DNA from: Antedon mediterranea
Taxonomy: Eukaryota; Animalia; Echinodermata
Reading direction: 5' to 3'
NCBI RefSeq assembly: GCF_964355755.1
Contig: NC_092680.1
Span: forward strand, 2,914,001-2,978,000
Length of the DNA: 64,000 bases
Made by a program: the position numbers and the translations under genes. Shown piece after piece: positions 44,953 through 59,060 of the stretch; the first letter of the stretch is position 1; the number at the start of each line of letters is the position of its first letter. The notes under the pieces were generated by a model that was given only the letters and a program-made list of their open reading frames with translations, was not told the DNA's origin and did no database searches.

Positions 44953-45423
44953 GTGTATGACTGGAATCAGGTAAATGTTTGTCTCCAAAACTATAGACGG
45001 CACTATCCAACGTTTATTTCCGCAGCAGCAGCTTTATTTCACCCTGCGATCCGATAACCAAATTTTCATCAGTTTATGGACTGGTTATTTAAAAAAAAAT
45101 AATGATTAATGTTAACAATTTTCAATCATAATTAATACTTGTTATAGACCTATAAGAATGATTTAATGTTCTATTGTCTAGCGCCCTCGGACAACAGGCT
45201 GGGATACGAGAGCCACAGACTGGCCGTGTGTTTCTTGTCTGAACCACGGGCTGGTCTAAATGTATGGCGCCCTCGGACCACAGGCTGGCCGAAAAATAAC
45301 CACAAACTGGCCGTGTTTCACTACACCTTTAGAATAGTCTAAGCATCTTTTATCCCCTCAAATGATCTATTTCATATTTAAATGTTCAGCATGCGTTATT
45401 GAAGTATAATTATGTAGGTATAT

Positions 45424-45665
45424 TACGGTGGCCCACAACTGTCACGCACACTATATAAATCATATTCACACAATTAAAGAAGGAATCACACAATTAAAGA
45501 AGAAATCACACAATTAAAGAAGGATTCGCATATAAACAAAAGAAAGCTGAAAATATAAAACGAAATGCACAAATAAAGAAGAAACGCCAAATTAAAGAAG
45601 AGCTAAGCACAATTAAAGAAGTCCGCAACAAATTCGAAAGCTCCTCGCACAATTAAAGAAGTTCG
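45424..45665. repeat. Degenerate ~19-20-bp tandem repeat (cacaattaaagaag core), probably a transposon subterminal array
   Basis: About seven copies of the (c)aattaaagaag core follow tacggtggcccaca. Confidence 0.7.
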
Positions 45666-47372
45666 CAAAAAAAAAGTAGCAAATAGGTAACAAATCTCCC
45701 AAACCCACAAAATTGCAAAATATTAAAACCATTGAAATAAAAAAATGTAAATGAAAAAAACACAACACAAACAAAACGATTCCAAATGGTTCGATACATT
45801 GTTGAACATGAAAACAACTTAACAATTCGTGTTTCCACAGCAATGTGTTTTTCATTCGACTTATGTCCACTTGTTTATTTTATCTATATGTATCAAATAA
45901 TGCAGAATACACCAAGAAAAACACCCAAAATAATATAGTTTGGTATTTTATACTTTCGTTTGCACGGATCATCTAACTAATTCACCCAGCACAATTTTTG
46001 TTTAGCGTCTTTTATTTTCGTAAAGTCCAAACTGTAGAGTCGCGTAGCACGCGACTAAAACGTGTAATTACTCACTTTTAATAGGCCTAAGAAAATTTAG
46101 AAATGATTCTACCTCAATGGTTTAGAAAATCAGTGTTTCTATAAAATTATTTCATTTGATGTATTGATGATAATTGTTATTAAAATAATAATAATAATAG
46201 ATAGATAGATATGATAGATAGATATATATACATACATACATATGTGTATGTATATAATACATATATAGGTATATGGCGCAGATAAACGATGTCTCTATGC
46301 GCTCGACAATAAAGACAAAATATACCTACAAATGATTGATGTTTCTTTTTTTGAAATACAAAAGAATAATAAAATCACTGATTTAAATTTTCCTTACAAA
46401 CACATATAGAAATTATTAACTTTACTTAAATCAAAAGAAACGATTCTTTATTAATATTGCATCAGTTTAAAGTAGTTATTACAAACAAGTTTTTATATTT
46501 CACAACTAATGTGCACTTTAAGTGTCCATTTATAAACAATAAAGAGGATACAATTTGGAAACAAATATCAGACCACACCAATAATTGTTTTAATGTTTTT
46601 TTGTTGTTCAGGCCTATGTTTTTAAATTTATTTTCCTTTTTTTATATGATAAAACATATTTTTAATTTTAAAATCAAAGTATCATAACATTTTCTTCCTC
46701 GTAAAGGATATTGAACCAACGCTATCACGTGTTTTAGTGGTTAAATTCTTTCAATTTTTTCATTCCCTTTTAAATTGGTTTAAGGTAAATATTTATTTAG
46801 CAATTAAGAGACAAAACAAGGTGTGTTTATGTTATAGTTCCTTATAATAATGATGAACTTAACATACTAAACTCTATATAGATATTGTTTCATTTTTATT
46901 AATTTTTTTGGCAGTCAAACATAGTCGATGGGTAATAAATACATAGTATATTAACACGTTTTAGAAAGATAACGATAAATAAACAAATTAAAAAACAACA
47001 AAACGAACAAGACTGAAACACATTCAAATATAAGCGGCGATGTTATAATATGGTTATTAGGCCTACAGTAATTAAATAACGTATCTATTTTGGTTATTAC
47101 TAAGCATTGATTTGTTTATGTTTTTTTTTCTTTATTTTAAATTATAAATAATTTTACAAAAAAAGAATATATGTTATGTTTCCTACAATCTCAACAATGC
47201 AAAATAATAGGCCTAATCACAGAGTAAAGTATTGACAGAAAAAAGTCACTAACGTTTATATTTAAACATAGAAAATAAAAGTTCATGTTATTCACACTTT
47301 ACTGACTGGAGAAAATCAAAATAACTAAAAATATTAATATGACTTGCACTGATGAAAGGCTAGTGTTGCCCG

Positions 47373-48023
47373 AAAGCTCTGCTAATTTTTCTGGCTGTTT
47401 TACTTTATCGTTTTGATTTAGCTTTTCGCTTTTCTTTTTGTATCTCCATTGAGATCCAGCCACTGATACCCACAGCATTGTCATTTTTTCAGTAATTTGC
47501 CTTTTGATTCGTTTCGTTTCGTTTATTAAACAATTCTCTACACATACAAAAAAAGTACAAGATGTTACATATAGTAAAAAGCATGTGTAGAAGGAAGTTT
47601 TTTGTTACAAACAAATGAAGTTTAAGCCTAGATTCCCTGCAGTAACAAACAAAATAACAATGGTTGGGACAAATGAAAAACCATATATACCAATATAAAA
47701 AAAAAAAAAAAAAATTTTAAATATTAATAAAGTGAAAAGAGAAACACCCGAAAGAAAAAAAGCGAAACACCGGACAGACAAGGACTTAAATCAGTCGAGC
47801 TCATTAAAAGACATTAAAAAAACCATTAGTAAAGAAAGATTTACCAGCATTTTAATTATTTAATTAATAACTAAATATATATATATATAAATCCAAAGGC
47901 AAATTACTGAAAAATGACAATGATGTGGGTATCAGTGGCTGGATCTCAATGGAGATATAAAAAAAAGCGAAAAGCTAAATCAAAACGATAAAGTAAAACA
48001 GCCAGAAAAGTTAACAGAGCTTT
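47373..48023. repeat. Long inverted repeat, ~135-bp arms with ~380-bp spacer
   Basis: 47373-47509 is the near-exact reverse complement of 47890-48023 (e.g. tatctccattgagatccagccactgatacccaca / tgtgggtatcagtggctggatctcaatggagata). Confidence 0.85.
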
Positions 48024-48460
48024 TGAATTCAGGTTTAAAGAGTAATAATTTTAAAATACCCAGAAAAGAGTTTGTAAATGCATCTTAGGCAATCCTTACA
48101 TTTCTTATTCAGATGATTTAACCTCTGTTGTTTTAGAAACACTAAGGTTCGAAGAAATAAATTATGCAAAGATTTGTCTGTTTAAAGCTATTCATAAAGG
48201 TATATATTCATATGAATTTAATATTTAATGTCTGTCTAAAATTATTATTTCATCTTCCTTGTACAAGTACAGTAAACAGACACTATTTACGTGTTTTAGT
48301 GGTTACAGCAATTCTTTGACTTTTTCAAACTTTACTTATTTCCTTATGAAGTGGTTGAAGGTGGAGATCTAAATAACTTCCTAATGAAACAAGTAAACAA
48401 GTAAATATAGCGAGTAAATAGACAATTAAAGTTGTTTTATTACACTGTAGTTCTTAAATA

Positions 48461-48604
48461 CCTGGTTTCCACAGAGACGCAACGCAAGAACGTAAGCGCA
48501 ACATAGTTTACCAATCACAATCGATGAATCATCCGCATTATCGCTTGTGATTGGTCAAATCGCTCGTGATGGTCAAATCGCTTGAGTGTCCGAGAACCAA
48601 GCTT
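48461..48604. mobile_element. MITE, AGCTTGGTTCCCACTA family (degenerate)
   Basis: cctggtttccac...gacgcaacgcaagaacgtaagcgcaa...ccaatcac...atcgcttgtgattggtcaa...gaaccaagctt. Confidence 0.65.
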
Positions 48605-49046
48605 CATAAACATAGCGGCGATGTTTGTTAATATGGTTATTAGGCTTACACTAATTAAAATAGTCTCTCTTTTTCATGTGCACCTTTTATTCAAATTATT
48701 GCCAATTATTATATTACTTTATTTGTTTGTTTCAAATTTTCGTTTTACTTACCTGTAATAAAACTATGCATGTATTTCATACTGTTGCATATACATTTTG
48801 TTTTCAATTAAAAGGGATGGCGAATTTAGGTGTTCATATGAACATGTCACTGAAGTAAGTCAATGTTTAGAAAAATGAACACGGGCAGAAAACATGAATT
48901 ATGTAACAGCACAACTTGGAAAAACTGACTGCTATTATATACACGTGGACATGTACATTTAATAAGCGTTTCTCATAATGATAACATACACACACTTGTA
49001 ATTATTTATTTGTACATAGTTTGAGGATTTGGAGCATCAACATAAT

Positions 49047-49780
49047 TAAATCAAATCAAATCAACATTTATTTCTTCCACATAAAATAAGATATCCTTAC
49101 GATTAACTATAATGAGTAATACAAGCGATTTCAGTGATGATAAGGCATATAATAGAAAAAAATACATTGAAAAATTGTAATTTGGAGGAACAGGGCAAAA
49201 TTAAAAAAAAAAAGATGAAAAACAGAAATTCTATTAATCAAATGACTTTGTGGCGAGCTAACCCTAAATGAATGATATAAATAAAGATTACATAATCATG
49301 AACGTACACAAACAGGACAGAGCAAGTAAAAAGCGAAAAAAAGAACAAACGATCAAGTGATATAAAAGCTGAGGATGGTATGAAACGTTAGTAAATCAAC
49401 CAGAACAGAATAAAAATAACGTATGTTATGAAAATTATATATTAAAATATTAAAAGTAATGAGCACCAACCGAACGACATATTGACTCTAGAGGTGTAAC
49501 TTAGAATATTTTGACAAAAGAAATTGTTGGCTTTATGAGAGAAAATGTTCCTGGAGGGGGTTGCAATGATTTCAGGAGGAAGGTCATTATTTTAATACCA
49601 CTATAACAGACGTTACGTTGAAGCAACGTAAGTCTGGGCTGAGGAAGATGAAGTTTGTTGCAAGTTCTAATAGAATAGGAGTGGAAACCTGAGTTTTTAA
49701 GGAAGAAGCATAAATTGGATGGAAGAAGAGAATGCAAAGCTTAGTAAACAAAGATATATTGTAATTTATTAATGTCATAA
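49047..49780 (-). mobile_element. 5'-truncated CR1/L2-type LINE fragment
   Basis: The minus strand translates as HSYSIRTCNKLHLPQPRLTLLQRNVCYSGIKI, typical of an ORF2 C-terminus, followed by a 3'UTR ending in an (ATTTG)n tail at ~49047-49064. Confidence 0.55.
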
Positions 49781-50225
49781 ACAGTCCTGTTTCGTTTGAA
49801 ATGTTGAAAAGAAATGTTTGTCAACAAGGATACTATTGTTTTTTTTATAGAATGATTATACTACTGTATTGTAAATATTGCAAACATATTTTTTTATGTT
49901 GGCAAAATAAGATTGAAATGATTGCTGAATAAATGATCTTTGGTTAACAAGAAAAACAATTATTAAATATAGCTAGTTCTGAAAATGGTTTTGGTTTTTA
50001 AAACTAGATACTGTACGTACAAACTGATTAAATTTATTTCCGAAACAAACAATTATAATAAGCCTCACCCTGAAACCGCGTATCTACGTATTTGACAAAA
50101 AAAAAACATTAGCCAAGAATTTCCGATCACTGATAGATAACAGTAAGTATAAATTGATGGTGAGCAATTGCAAATCTATCAGATGTGTTGTTTTAGCTTA
50201 ACAAACACCACTTGTGACCAAAACA

Positions 50226-53200
50226 ATGCAGTACGTTATACTTTTTGCATGCTTGCTGATGGCCGTGGCGTCAAGTCCGGTAAGTACATACTAAAAAACA
50301 AGGCCATATAGATGGCTGCAGTCGCGTGCTTAGTGTTTACCGACCGACCGACCAACCTACCAACTGACCGAAATTACTGAACATGTTTAAAAATGTTGTA
50401 ATGTTTAAAAACAGTTATATTTTTTTAATTTACACGTGCGTAGCCTGTCACTTTTGACGTGCTCGTATAACGTAATTTCGAGTTGAAAAGTAAGTCAAGA
50501 AAACAGAAATCGGGCAAAAAGAGTGCGCAATAACATTTAACGTGCAGTGCTCGCGCAAAAATCTGCGCACTCATGGCAATTTAGTAAACGCTTAAAATTG
50601 CCTGAAACGTACTCTTATTTCATGGAAAATAAATTTTGAAAATTTTAAGCGCGCGTACGCATGCGTTACATGCGCTACGCACGTAATTGTATTGCCATAT
50701 GATGATTTATGCCCTGAAATTTATGAGTACCACATTTTATTTAATTGTAATTCATGGTTGTGAAGATATGATTACAAACGTGATTTCGTTAAATCGTGCG
50801 TAGACCGCGTAATTTTTTATTGCGCACCGTGAAAACATAACCACATCGATTCCTGGCCATAAGGAATATACTGTGAAAAATTGACTTAGCTAGATTAAAC
50901 TGATATCAAGATAAGGTCAGAAAGCGATAAAACGTATAGTGATACCGAACCGACAGACCGACAGACCGACAGACCGACCGACATAGTGAACTATAGAGTC
51001 GCTTCCACGCGACTAAAAACCGTTTTTAGAACATGAGATGCAAAGTCTGGTATGTGAGATGTAAGATCTCTATGGTGGTAGGCACCTAAGTTCTTCTTAC
51101 TGTGTTTAAACAAAAATATAATTCAAAGGTTCCTAACGATCTTCACCTATTGCCCTGAACTATTTATGAGAAGTTTACTGATTTTTTAAATATTATTGTT
51201 TACTCTAAAAATGTGTAAAGATAGATGCTTTTTACCATGTTTTTTCTCGTGATATAGGTACCTGGACCAAAGCCCAAAATTGTTAAACATGGTAAGTAAA
51301 TTTATCATCTATTTTAGTTTTACTGTTTCTCATCTCAACAAGGCCTGGAACATCAAATGTTTGCTCGCAAAACATTTTTTAGGGGGTTCGTCGATTTTTT
51401 GTTTTACCAGTTATGTTTCTATACAAATCTATAGATTTTAAATATATCCTCTATTTTATAATAATATTAAATCATTACATGATTTATATCTTAACCACAC
51501 GTATATAATATTGTGGCATACATGTATATACGTATACACATTTTCTCATACACACATACACTCTTTGTGTTCGCAATTTTATATATAAAACGAATAATTC
51601 TGATGATTGATCGACTAACAAACGTTTTAATTAAAGATGGACTGTTTTCAACAATTATCAAAAACAACAAACGAGTCAATCAGGATAATCTGTTTGAGGG
51701 CGATATTGTGCTGACTGGGGTAAGTCAGATTATTATTCTTTAAAAGAAAAATAATACAAAATAACAAAAAAAAAACGTTGAAAAAATCATAATGCCTTTA
51801 ATTATTATGCCTTAAAAAATAATGAATAATATTCAGAGATCTTAATTTTATTAACATTAGTTTTACTATAATGTTAATAATGTTAATAAGGTCATCCACC
51901 CCGATAAAGCTGGCCGAAATGATAACAGTTTTTAATTTGAATCTCCGATAAACTATTCCAAACACTTTGACATGTTGTCAGCATTAAAGTATGGCTTTGT
52001 TTAGGATTTCAGTGACTTACCGCTATTTTAACATTTCACAGAGTTCCAAAAATGCTCTCAAGGATAAAAGCAAAAGATGGCACAATGGTGTAGTTCCGTA
52101 CGTTATACATTACAAATTAAGTAAGTAGTACCTGGTATATAATTATATCAATCGATATCAATATCAATCAATAATTATATTAATCCCAGGAACCAATTTG
52201 CATAATTATTATTTTATTGGTTCATTCAACCGTAACTTGTTATTATGTGCGCCACAGTTTGGACAATGCATTTTATATTTGTAAAGTTTGATTAGGAAAA
52301 AGTGACAATTTTACTTTCTTCATCTGATTAATTTGACTGTACGTTTGCTTATTAAAGATATACTGTTCATCTAAAACATGAACAATGAAGATATATACAA
52401 TCATAATCTTTGAATAGACCATTATTTTCAGTTTTCATTTCATTGTTTGTTCTATGATGTTTTTTAAGACAAATATATGTTGTATTCTTCTTTTGCGAAA
52501 ATCTGCTTCCTCCAGCTATTATTTAAATTATTGCTCTACTCATCACATTACTTGGTATACAGTACAAAATTACATCAAAGTAAGGCAAACATCTAAATTA
52601 CTCAACTCCCTAACGCAAAAGCTACCCCATAGTATAGCTACCACATTCGTCTAGTAAAACGTATCCAAGGCACACTTTTTTGTCCGTTTCATTCTTACAA
52701 ACTGAAAACCTTCATACGTTATTATTTGTTTTGATAATATTTTCAAGATGCGTTTGCAAGATCTCAAATTCAAAAGGCGATAGACAGATACAACGCTGAG
52801 ACCTGCATTAAATGGGTTGCTAGGACCTCTGAAAGCAAGTATGTCAAGATTGTTGATAAAGACCGGTAAGTAAATGAAACAGCAGAAATCGATGCATTCA
52901 GTGCTTAATGGTCGTCATAAATGGACCATCCTATTATTACTCTTAACTGAAATATAATAGAATATATTGAATAAATAGAATTGTGGGCATTTAATTAATT
53001 ACATATTATATATTATATTTTATCATTATCTATATATAAATTTACGTAAGGGCAAAATTCGGAAAATCGCGCCTTACTTTTAGAATTTGTACTCGATGGT
53101 ATATAAAGTTGGTTCGTACTTTCGGTACTGATTTTAACCACCTGATGTAACCCTGTTTACTAATTAAATTAAGTTAGATAATTAGTTATTGACGATTAAA

Positions 53201-56200
53201 ACGAATTTAGGTTCAACGATTTGCCCCAAATAGGGGTGTTTTCCGATCGTGGTATACACTGTCTAATGGATGTCCGTCTTGAAAAATACCCGCCACAAAA
53301 ATGCGAGGAGACTTTGCATTTTCCTATCTCCTCCTACGATAATTGTTTTTAATAGCTGAAAACCGGTTGAACAGCTAGAGTACAGCATCATAATGTTGAA
53401 GACAGGCCGATTTTCTTAAAAAAATACTATTTTGATAGATTTAATATACGATTATACAAATGTATTGATTTGCGATGAATGGAACATCCCAATCTCTCAG
53501 TCTGCCAGAGTTTGGTTTAACACAAGTACTGTAGGTAAATTTATGAGCCCTTGGTTTAACACATATGGTAGGTAAATATATGGGCCCTTTGAGAATAAAC
53601 TTGCAATACTTTGACAATACTGTAAAAACCTATTAACTATTGTTGGTCGTCATTTGAATCGAACATTTCTTACTGTGAATGTTCGTACTGTTAGATGTAA
53701 TATAAAAATATATACAAATAAACTTTATTACTGAGATTGTGGATAGGCTCTACTGTTAGATATATAAACACATTATTATATACAAATAAACTTTATACTG
53801 ACAGCTCTTTCTCAACGTTTGTATTAATTAATAATATAAACGTCGTAGTGGTGTATCGTGACATGTACTTTAATATTTCAATCGATTATGACAGTGACAG
53901 TTTTAACTAAACTAAATAAAGAATGTTCTATAATATAATTAGGAATCTCTTGCCATACACGGGGAAAATTAGTGTACAATGAATATTTAAAAGAAATAAA
54001 TAAATTAATTAAATAAACAAAGTATTAAATCGCAAATGTTTTACTGTATTTAGAGGTATATTATTTATAGGCCTATAAAACATGAAAAAAATATTTCGTT
54101 ACTGAGTGGATAAAGAATATATTTAAAAATTGTTCCTCTTTGTACCTATCCGCTTTCCCATCCCTCAACCCTAATGTTACATACAAAACACAAATTGGGT
54201 TTCTTTAAATGAGTCCAAATTAAAAATTACTCATTTTGTGATAAGTTTCTCCTTCGGAAGTAATTCCCAGGGTGCTAATTTTAGTTGACTACATAAATCA
54301 TCGTGTCTATTTATTCGTTTCTGTAAACGACAATGTATTATAGTCCTGCGGTACGTACATTTGAAATCGCCAGTTTTGTTACGCTGAAATTACTGTGTAT
54401 TCGAGAACCATCTGTGGGCACGACCTAGATGGTACGCGAGCGAAGCGAGCGTACCATCTAGTCTATATAATTTAAACAATATAATAAAACAATCACAAGA
54501 TAAATAAAATGATAATTAGCTTGTACACAGTTCCACAAAAAAATGTTATATATGCCTACACAAAAAAATCCCTCAAAAAAATAAAGCAAAAAAAAAAAAC
54601 ATGTAGAGTATCATATTAAATCCAAACTAACTGAAGACTGTTTTGTATTTATTTATATTGTAAGTATAAAAATAATTTTCAACTCGTTTTCCTTCAGTTG
54701 TTCTTCATATGTTGGTGTAATAGGTGGCGTACAAGAATTATCGTTGGGTTACGGTTGCTACCAAACAGTTGGTATCATAATGCATGAGATGATGCACGCT
54801 ATTGGCTTCTACCACGAACAAAGCAGAACTGATCGTGACAGTTACGTCTCAATCCAGTGGCAAAATATTGAAGATGGTGAGTTAAGAATGCCATATACAT
54901 GGCTGTCGCGTGCTCAAATTTGAGATAGTGTTTACTGACCGACCAACCGACCGACATAGCGAGCTGTAGAGTCGCGTTGCACGCAACTAAAAATACCACG
55001 CAATGGGGAGAATGAGTTCATTGGTCGTATAAATTTCATTCAATTTATCTTTCGATATTTGTATATCTTCGTTTTTTAGAATAATTTATTTAATTATATA
55101 GAAATATGGAATAAGGACCTTCAAGCGAGTCTCAATATAAAATTCATGTATAATACATCTCTTAGTAATGATAATAAGAAGAGTAATAATAATTACTGTA
55201 TGTAGATAATAAGCCTACAAAAGAAATAATAATAATTATACATGATGAAAATCATAATAAAAACATTTACATACCAACATACACCAACATTATTATTTTT
55301 TTAATAACAATGGTAGAGGGCAGTTTATTACAAAACAAGTGGTATGATAATATTAGACTAGATTGACCAAGGCGTATAAAATAAATAGAAACGTCATCAC
55401 GTCCCAATGTTAGTCTGAAGGTGGATATTTATTTGTATTTGTATTTGTATTTTGTATTAATATTTGTCCTCAGTGATCACTCACTTTTCAGTAATTTTCG
55501 TGTAAGTCAGTGTCTAAAACATTTTTTATCTGTATCGCAGGTCAGGAACACAACTTCAAAAGCTACCCATCATCTTATATTGACGACCTTGGGGTATCAT
55601 ATGATTATCATTCTATTATGCATTATGATGCGGACGCCTTCTCGAAGAATGGTGATGCAACAATTATACCAAAAGAAAGTGGAGTAACCATCGGAAACCG
55701 AGCCGATTTCAGCAGTAAAGACATTGAGAAGATTAACAAATACTATGAATGTGGTAGGTTTCTAATGTAATATCAAATAAACTATTGATCGTTATAATGT
55801 TGCTATTAATGGTATTAATGTTTTTTTTTCAAATGATATTATAGCATTTATTATGAATAATGATAAAATAATTGATAATATCATTAAAATCGGCTATTCA
55901 AAAATTATAGAATGAAATGAGTTACTCGCTACATTAAAAAAAAGATTTTCGATAATAAAATCTGCTATTAGATAAACCTCTAACATTGATTAAACTGAAT
56001 ACGGCAGGTTGTAAAGACTACCGGGACGATACTTACTGTGGCTACTGGGCTGGACAAGGATACTGCTCACCCAGCAGTATTTACTACACTTTCATGACAG
56101 AAAAATGTCGGAAGAGCTGTTCATTTTGCTGTAAGTCATTTTAAAATTGTATTTATAAAAAATAAAAAGGTACTGTACTGCTGTAAGTTAACATTAACTA

Positions 56201-57253
56201 GATATAGAGAACGCTACAGTTATATGACAAGTTACTGCCAGAGTAGCTGGAACTTCTGCTGTACGTTTAAGCAGTTTACCTATATTAACTAACGCAGCCT
56301 AAAATGTAATACATTACAGTTTTTTTTTCTCTTGTGGGGATTTTACCCACTTTTATTTCTTATAAAAATTCATATTTTTGTAAATAATATTTTATCTTTA
56401 TATATGCACAATTTTCATTAATATTTATATATAGCCATAACTAGATTTGCCCCAAGTCTGTATTGTTTTTTTAAATAATTTATTTGTTTTTATTTCGACC
56501 GCGATTTTTGTCTGAATCCAAACTCAAGTAATACACGTATGAAACGCCATATGTGCAAAAATGTTTATATTTTTACTAATATTAAGAAAAAACTCCGTCT
56601 GGAGCCCAGACTAAGCCATAACCAACATTTTTACCCGCAACACTTTTGTACCTGCCAAGTCGACAAACATGTAACTGTAATATACTACGTTTTAGGTAGA
56701 CTTGCCCTAGTCTGTATTCATTGTTTTTTTTTTATTTATTTGTTTTTATTTTGATTTTTGTCTGAAAATACATATCCAAACTCAAGTAGTATACGTATGA
56801 AACGCCATATGTGCCAAAATATTTATCTTTTTACTAATATTCAAACAAAACTCCGTCTGGAACCCAGACTACGTTTTAGGCTACACAAGCAATTAAACTA
56901 ACTTGTATTTTTTTACACACGCTTTCGTACATATTTTTAAAGTTGTTTTTAAATATTTTGTTTGGTTGAGCAATATAACTGTATTATGTGTATATATACG
57001 ACAACGTTTCAAACCTTCAAGACATTTTTGACAATTATAACACAAGAAACAAGAACAAGTTATCTTAAAACTGAATAATCTAAGCATTTTTGCCATAATA
57101 TGAAAGATACACATCTTTTTATCTCCTCGAATAATCTGACAAAGAAATGTAAATTTATTTCAAAGTCCAATTATGTAGGTATATAATATTTGTTTGTAAT
57201 TGTAAATTATAAAAAAAATAAAGCTTATGTTTTCCATTTTCTTTATTTCAGAA
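50226..57253 (+). CDS. Astacin (M12A) zinc metalloprotease copy B with C-terminal ShKT domain, 294 aa
   Basis: Exons 50226-50279, 51258-51291, 51637-51719, 52042-52120, 52748-52865, 54698-54876, 55541-55753, 56008-56130, 57252-57253 (885 nt in frame). Features: signal peptide, FEGDI aspartate switch, [24 protein letters not shown] Met-turn, and Sh[21 protein letters not shown]...[13 protein letters not shown]. Confidence 0.92.
50297..51016. mobile_element. Long non-autonomous Helentron-like element in intron 1 of astacin B
   Basis: Same ends as the 43904 element (aacaaggcc...agtcgcgtgc; tatagagtcgcttccacgcgactaaaaa) and two (gacc/gaca)n tracts. Copy C shows the empty site catactaaaaaaaccgtttttagaacat. 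Confidence 0.7.
53029..54461 (+). mobile_element. Non-autonomous Helitron in intron 5 of astacin B
   Basis: a|TCtatatata ... hairpin ctagatggtacgcgagcgaagcgagcgtaccatCTAG|t, inserted between A and T with no TSD. Copy A shows the empty site (tttatcattatttatataatt). Confidence 0.8.
54884..54990. mobile_element. Non-autonomous Helentron-like element
   Basis: gccatatacatggctgtcgcgtgc...(gacc)n...tagagtcgcgttgcacgcaactaaaaa, at the same intron-6 position as the element in copy A. Confidence 0.65.
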
Positions 57254-57709
57254 CAAGCCTCCAAAAATGAGTTCCAACCAAGAGGTAAAAAAAAACTGCT
57301 TAGAATAAAAACGAAAGAAAGTAATTGTACAATGATCTAAGAACTTCTTATAAGTGCATACAGTGTATTTTTTCTTGCTTATTTCAGTCATTGCTATTTT
57401 GACATGTATATATATTTGTTTCATTTGGAGGTTCAGACCTATAGCCAAATTGGCTTAATGCAATCTCCACACACATTTTTTGTCATTTATATTATTATTA
57501 TGTATTGTATTAAATCTGAAACAGAAACAGTATCAGTTTAAGATATAAAAACCAATGTTACTTTAGAATAACAATAATATGAATAAATTACGAAAGCAAC
57601 AATTAATACTAAATGAAAAATGTTTCATTAATTTGTGTATGAATACCCGAAAATCAGATTTAGAGGGGAACGGATGACTGATTCCGCACATCCTAGGGAC
57701 AAAGACATT

Positions 57710-58013
57710 ATAATGATGATGATGATGATGATGATGACGATGATGATAATAATGATGATGATGTACGATTATGATGTATGATGAAAATGTATGATAATTG
57801 ATGTATGATAAAAAATGTATGATGACGTATGATGAAAACGTATAATGACGTATGATGAAAATGTATGATGACGTTTGATGAAAACCTATAATGACGTATG
57901 ATGAAAATGTATGATGACGTATGATGATGACATATGATGAAAATGTATGATGAAAACGTATGATGAAAATTTATGATGATGATTATGGTGATAATGTATT
58001 ATGATGATGTATG
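57710..58013. repeat. (GAT)n microsatellite grading into a gtatgatgaaaat / gtatgatgac minisatellite
   Basis: Seen directly in the sequence. Confidence 0.9.
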
Positions 58014-58500
58014 CGGACAAACGCCCGCTAAAACTTAGGATATGGCATGAATCATCATTTGAACTGAGAATTATAATTTAACATCTCCATCCACTTGTCA
58101 CTGATCGGTATGGGTTATATCTAGCCCAAATACGAATGTAGTTATTACATTACAATAAGTAAAAGGCCTACATTTGAAAACTGAAATGGGAAACTCACGT
58201 TTTGTTTGTCTTGTTGATCAAAGGTCAATTATTGAACATTCATTTCAAGACTCACTGGAAAATCCTTGAGTTAAAATATATGAAAGAACATAGAATGCTT
58301 GTAGTCATGCCACTGATACTATTACTTATAAATCTAGCCACCAAGATACTATCACCTCTTGCCTATATACGCTGACATCGTCTTACCTGACCCACCGCAC
58401 TATAGCTTGTAAGATTCCAGATGTGCGCCAGCATCACATGACATTTTATGCAAATCATTCCAGGTAAGCATACCAACAATGACGATTACATAACCACTAA

Positions 58501-58679
58501 AGCTTGGTTTCCACTAGAACGTAACGCAAGGACGTGAACGCAATGCAAGCGTTTTAACCAATGACAAGCAAAGCTATAGACAGTTAGCAATCAAAAGCGA
58601 ATAAGCCATCGCTTGTGATTGGTCAATTCACTTGCGTTGCGTTACGTCCTTGCGTTGCGTCGCTAGTGGGAACCAAGCA
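58501..58679. mobile_element. MITE, AGCTTGGTTCCCACTA family, TAA TSD
   Basis: taa|agcttggtttccactag...ctagtgggaaccaagca|taa. The empty site is at ~39931-39955 (cataaccactaaactcacttacac). Confidence 0.85.
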
Positions 58680-59060
58680 TAACTCACTTACACTTACTGC
58701 CGTACGTTAATACTTTAACACGGCTTTTAGTTATTACTTCGCATTAGTAACAAAAACAACAAGTATCACCATACTTTATGTTATTTGTATTTATTACACA
58801 TAATTAATAAAGCTAGTTTATATTTTATCTGTCTCACAGAAGACGGCGCCGTTTTGTTTGAAAATCATATAAACAGAATTGAACGGCGCCTCTTGTAGAT
58901 GTCTCAACCAACTGAAAATTCTTTACATTTTGAATTATATAGATCAGTTTATAAAAGAAAACTAATTATACAGGTAATGTAATATTTTGAACTAAGTACG
59001 TAGGAGTGATTACATAAAGTTTAATTGGTTAAATGTCCCATAAGTACACGCCTGACATAA

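Noticed and set aside
45470-45665. Regularly spaced cacaattaaagaag repeats resembling a CRISPR array
   Set aside because: The context is eukaryotic, the spacers are only ~5-30 nt and irregular, and there are no cas genes. It is a degenerate tandem repeat.
55421-55687. Overlapping alternative-frame ORF repeated in astacin exon 7 (also 63618-63803)
   Set aside because: It recurs only because the underlying astacin exon is duplicated, and has no independent start or splice support.
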